A DNA stretch of 64,000 bases. It comes from Chitinophaga pinensis (GTDB lineage Bacteria > Bacteroidota > Bacteroidia > NS11-12g > UBA955). The notes beneath the pieces were generated by a model. That model was given only the letters and a program-made list of their open reading frames with translations. It searched no databases and was not told the DNA's origin. Every line of letters starts with the position of its first letter. Within the stretch, counting starts at the first letter, position 1. The stretch lies in NCBI GenBank assembly GCA_945863965.1, contig CAMBBZ010000001.1, positions 199 to 64,198 of the forward strand. Direction: 5' to 3'. Positions 63,818 to 64,000 of this stretch are shown piece after piece. Position numbers and translations under genes: made by a program.

Positions 63818-63839
63818 TTTTGACACTTATTACCTAATC

Positions 63840-64000
63840 ATGAGCACTGCTACTATTGGAAATCCCGCCCCCGATTTTAACGCGATCAACCAACACGAAT
63901 CGCCCGTTTCCCTTTCCCACTACAAAGGAAAAAAATTGGTTTTATACTTTTATCCAAAAGACGATACCCCCGGTTGCACCGCTGAATCTTGCAACCTCCG
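63840..64000 (+). CDS. bcp: Peroxiredoxin Bcp/PrxQ (5' part; runs off the right edge)
   Basis: Manual translation MSTATIGNPAPDF...KGKKLVLYFYPKDDTPGCTAESCNL, the PxxxTxxC motif of BCP. Confidence 0.93.
   Translation, partial: MSTATIGNPAPDFNAINQHESPVSLSHYKGKKLVLYFYPKDDTPGCTAESCNL

Overview
This is a core-genome window from a Bacteroidota (Bacteroidia-like) bacterium, judged from TAnnTTTG -7 promoters, T9SS/gliding genes and a str operon without tuf. Left to right it holds eno (partial), carA, an AT-rich orphan, TerC, an S46 peptidase, a damaged rhodanese, and the complete str-S10-spc-alpha ribosomal superoperon (rpsL to rplQ, including rpmJ, which the ORF track missed). It continues with a DUF1573 protein, yebC, a divergent ATP-grasp ligase, PIN-PhoH, thiolase-truA, a 1512-aa uncharacterised exported protein, tpiA, cmk, porQ, ribF and an M23 peptidase. 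The right part has gldAFG-ruvA-sprA-porZ, an MBL hydrolase, PGI/PMI, a PpiD-like chaperone, an Asp-box protein, trxB, GS-III, DPP-IV and bcp (partial). I recognised no tRNA, rRNA, CRISPR array, transposase, integrase, prophage or defence system, and I cannot support a complete new multi-gene system here. The most notable observations are: (1) an out-of-frame rhodanese/thioredoxin deletion fusion; (2) a 51-bp duplication of the truA 3' end that differs only at synonymous sites; (3) an AT-rich orphan bracketed by direct repeats; (4) a fixed 4-nt gap between the -7 box and ATG at seven genes, suggesting leaderless translation; (5) an ATP-grasp enzyme with non-canonical Ddl motifs; (6) the giant beta-rich exported protein.
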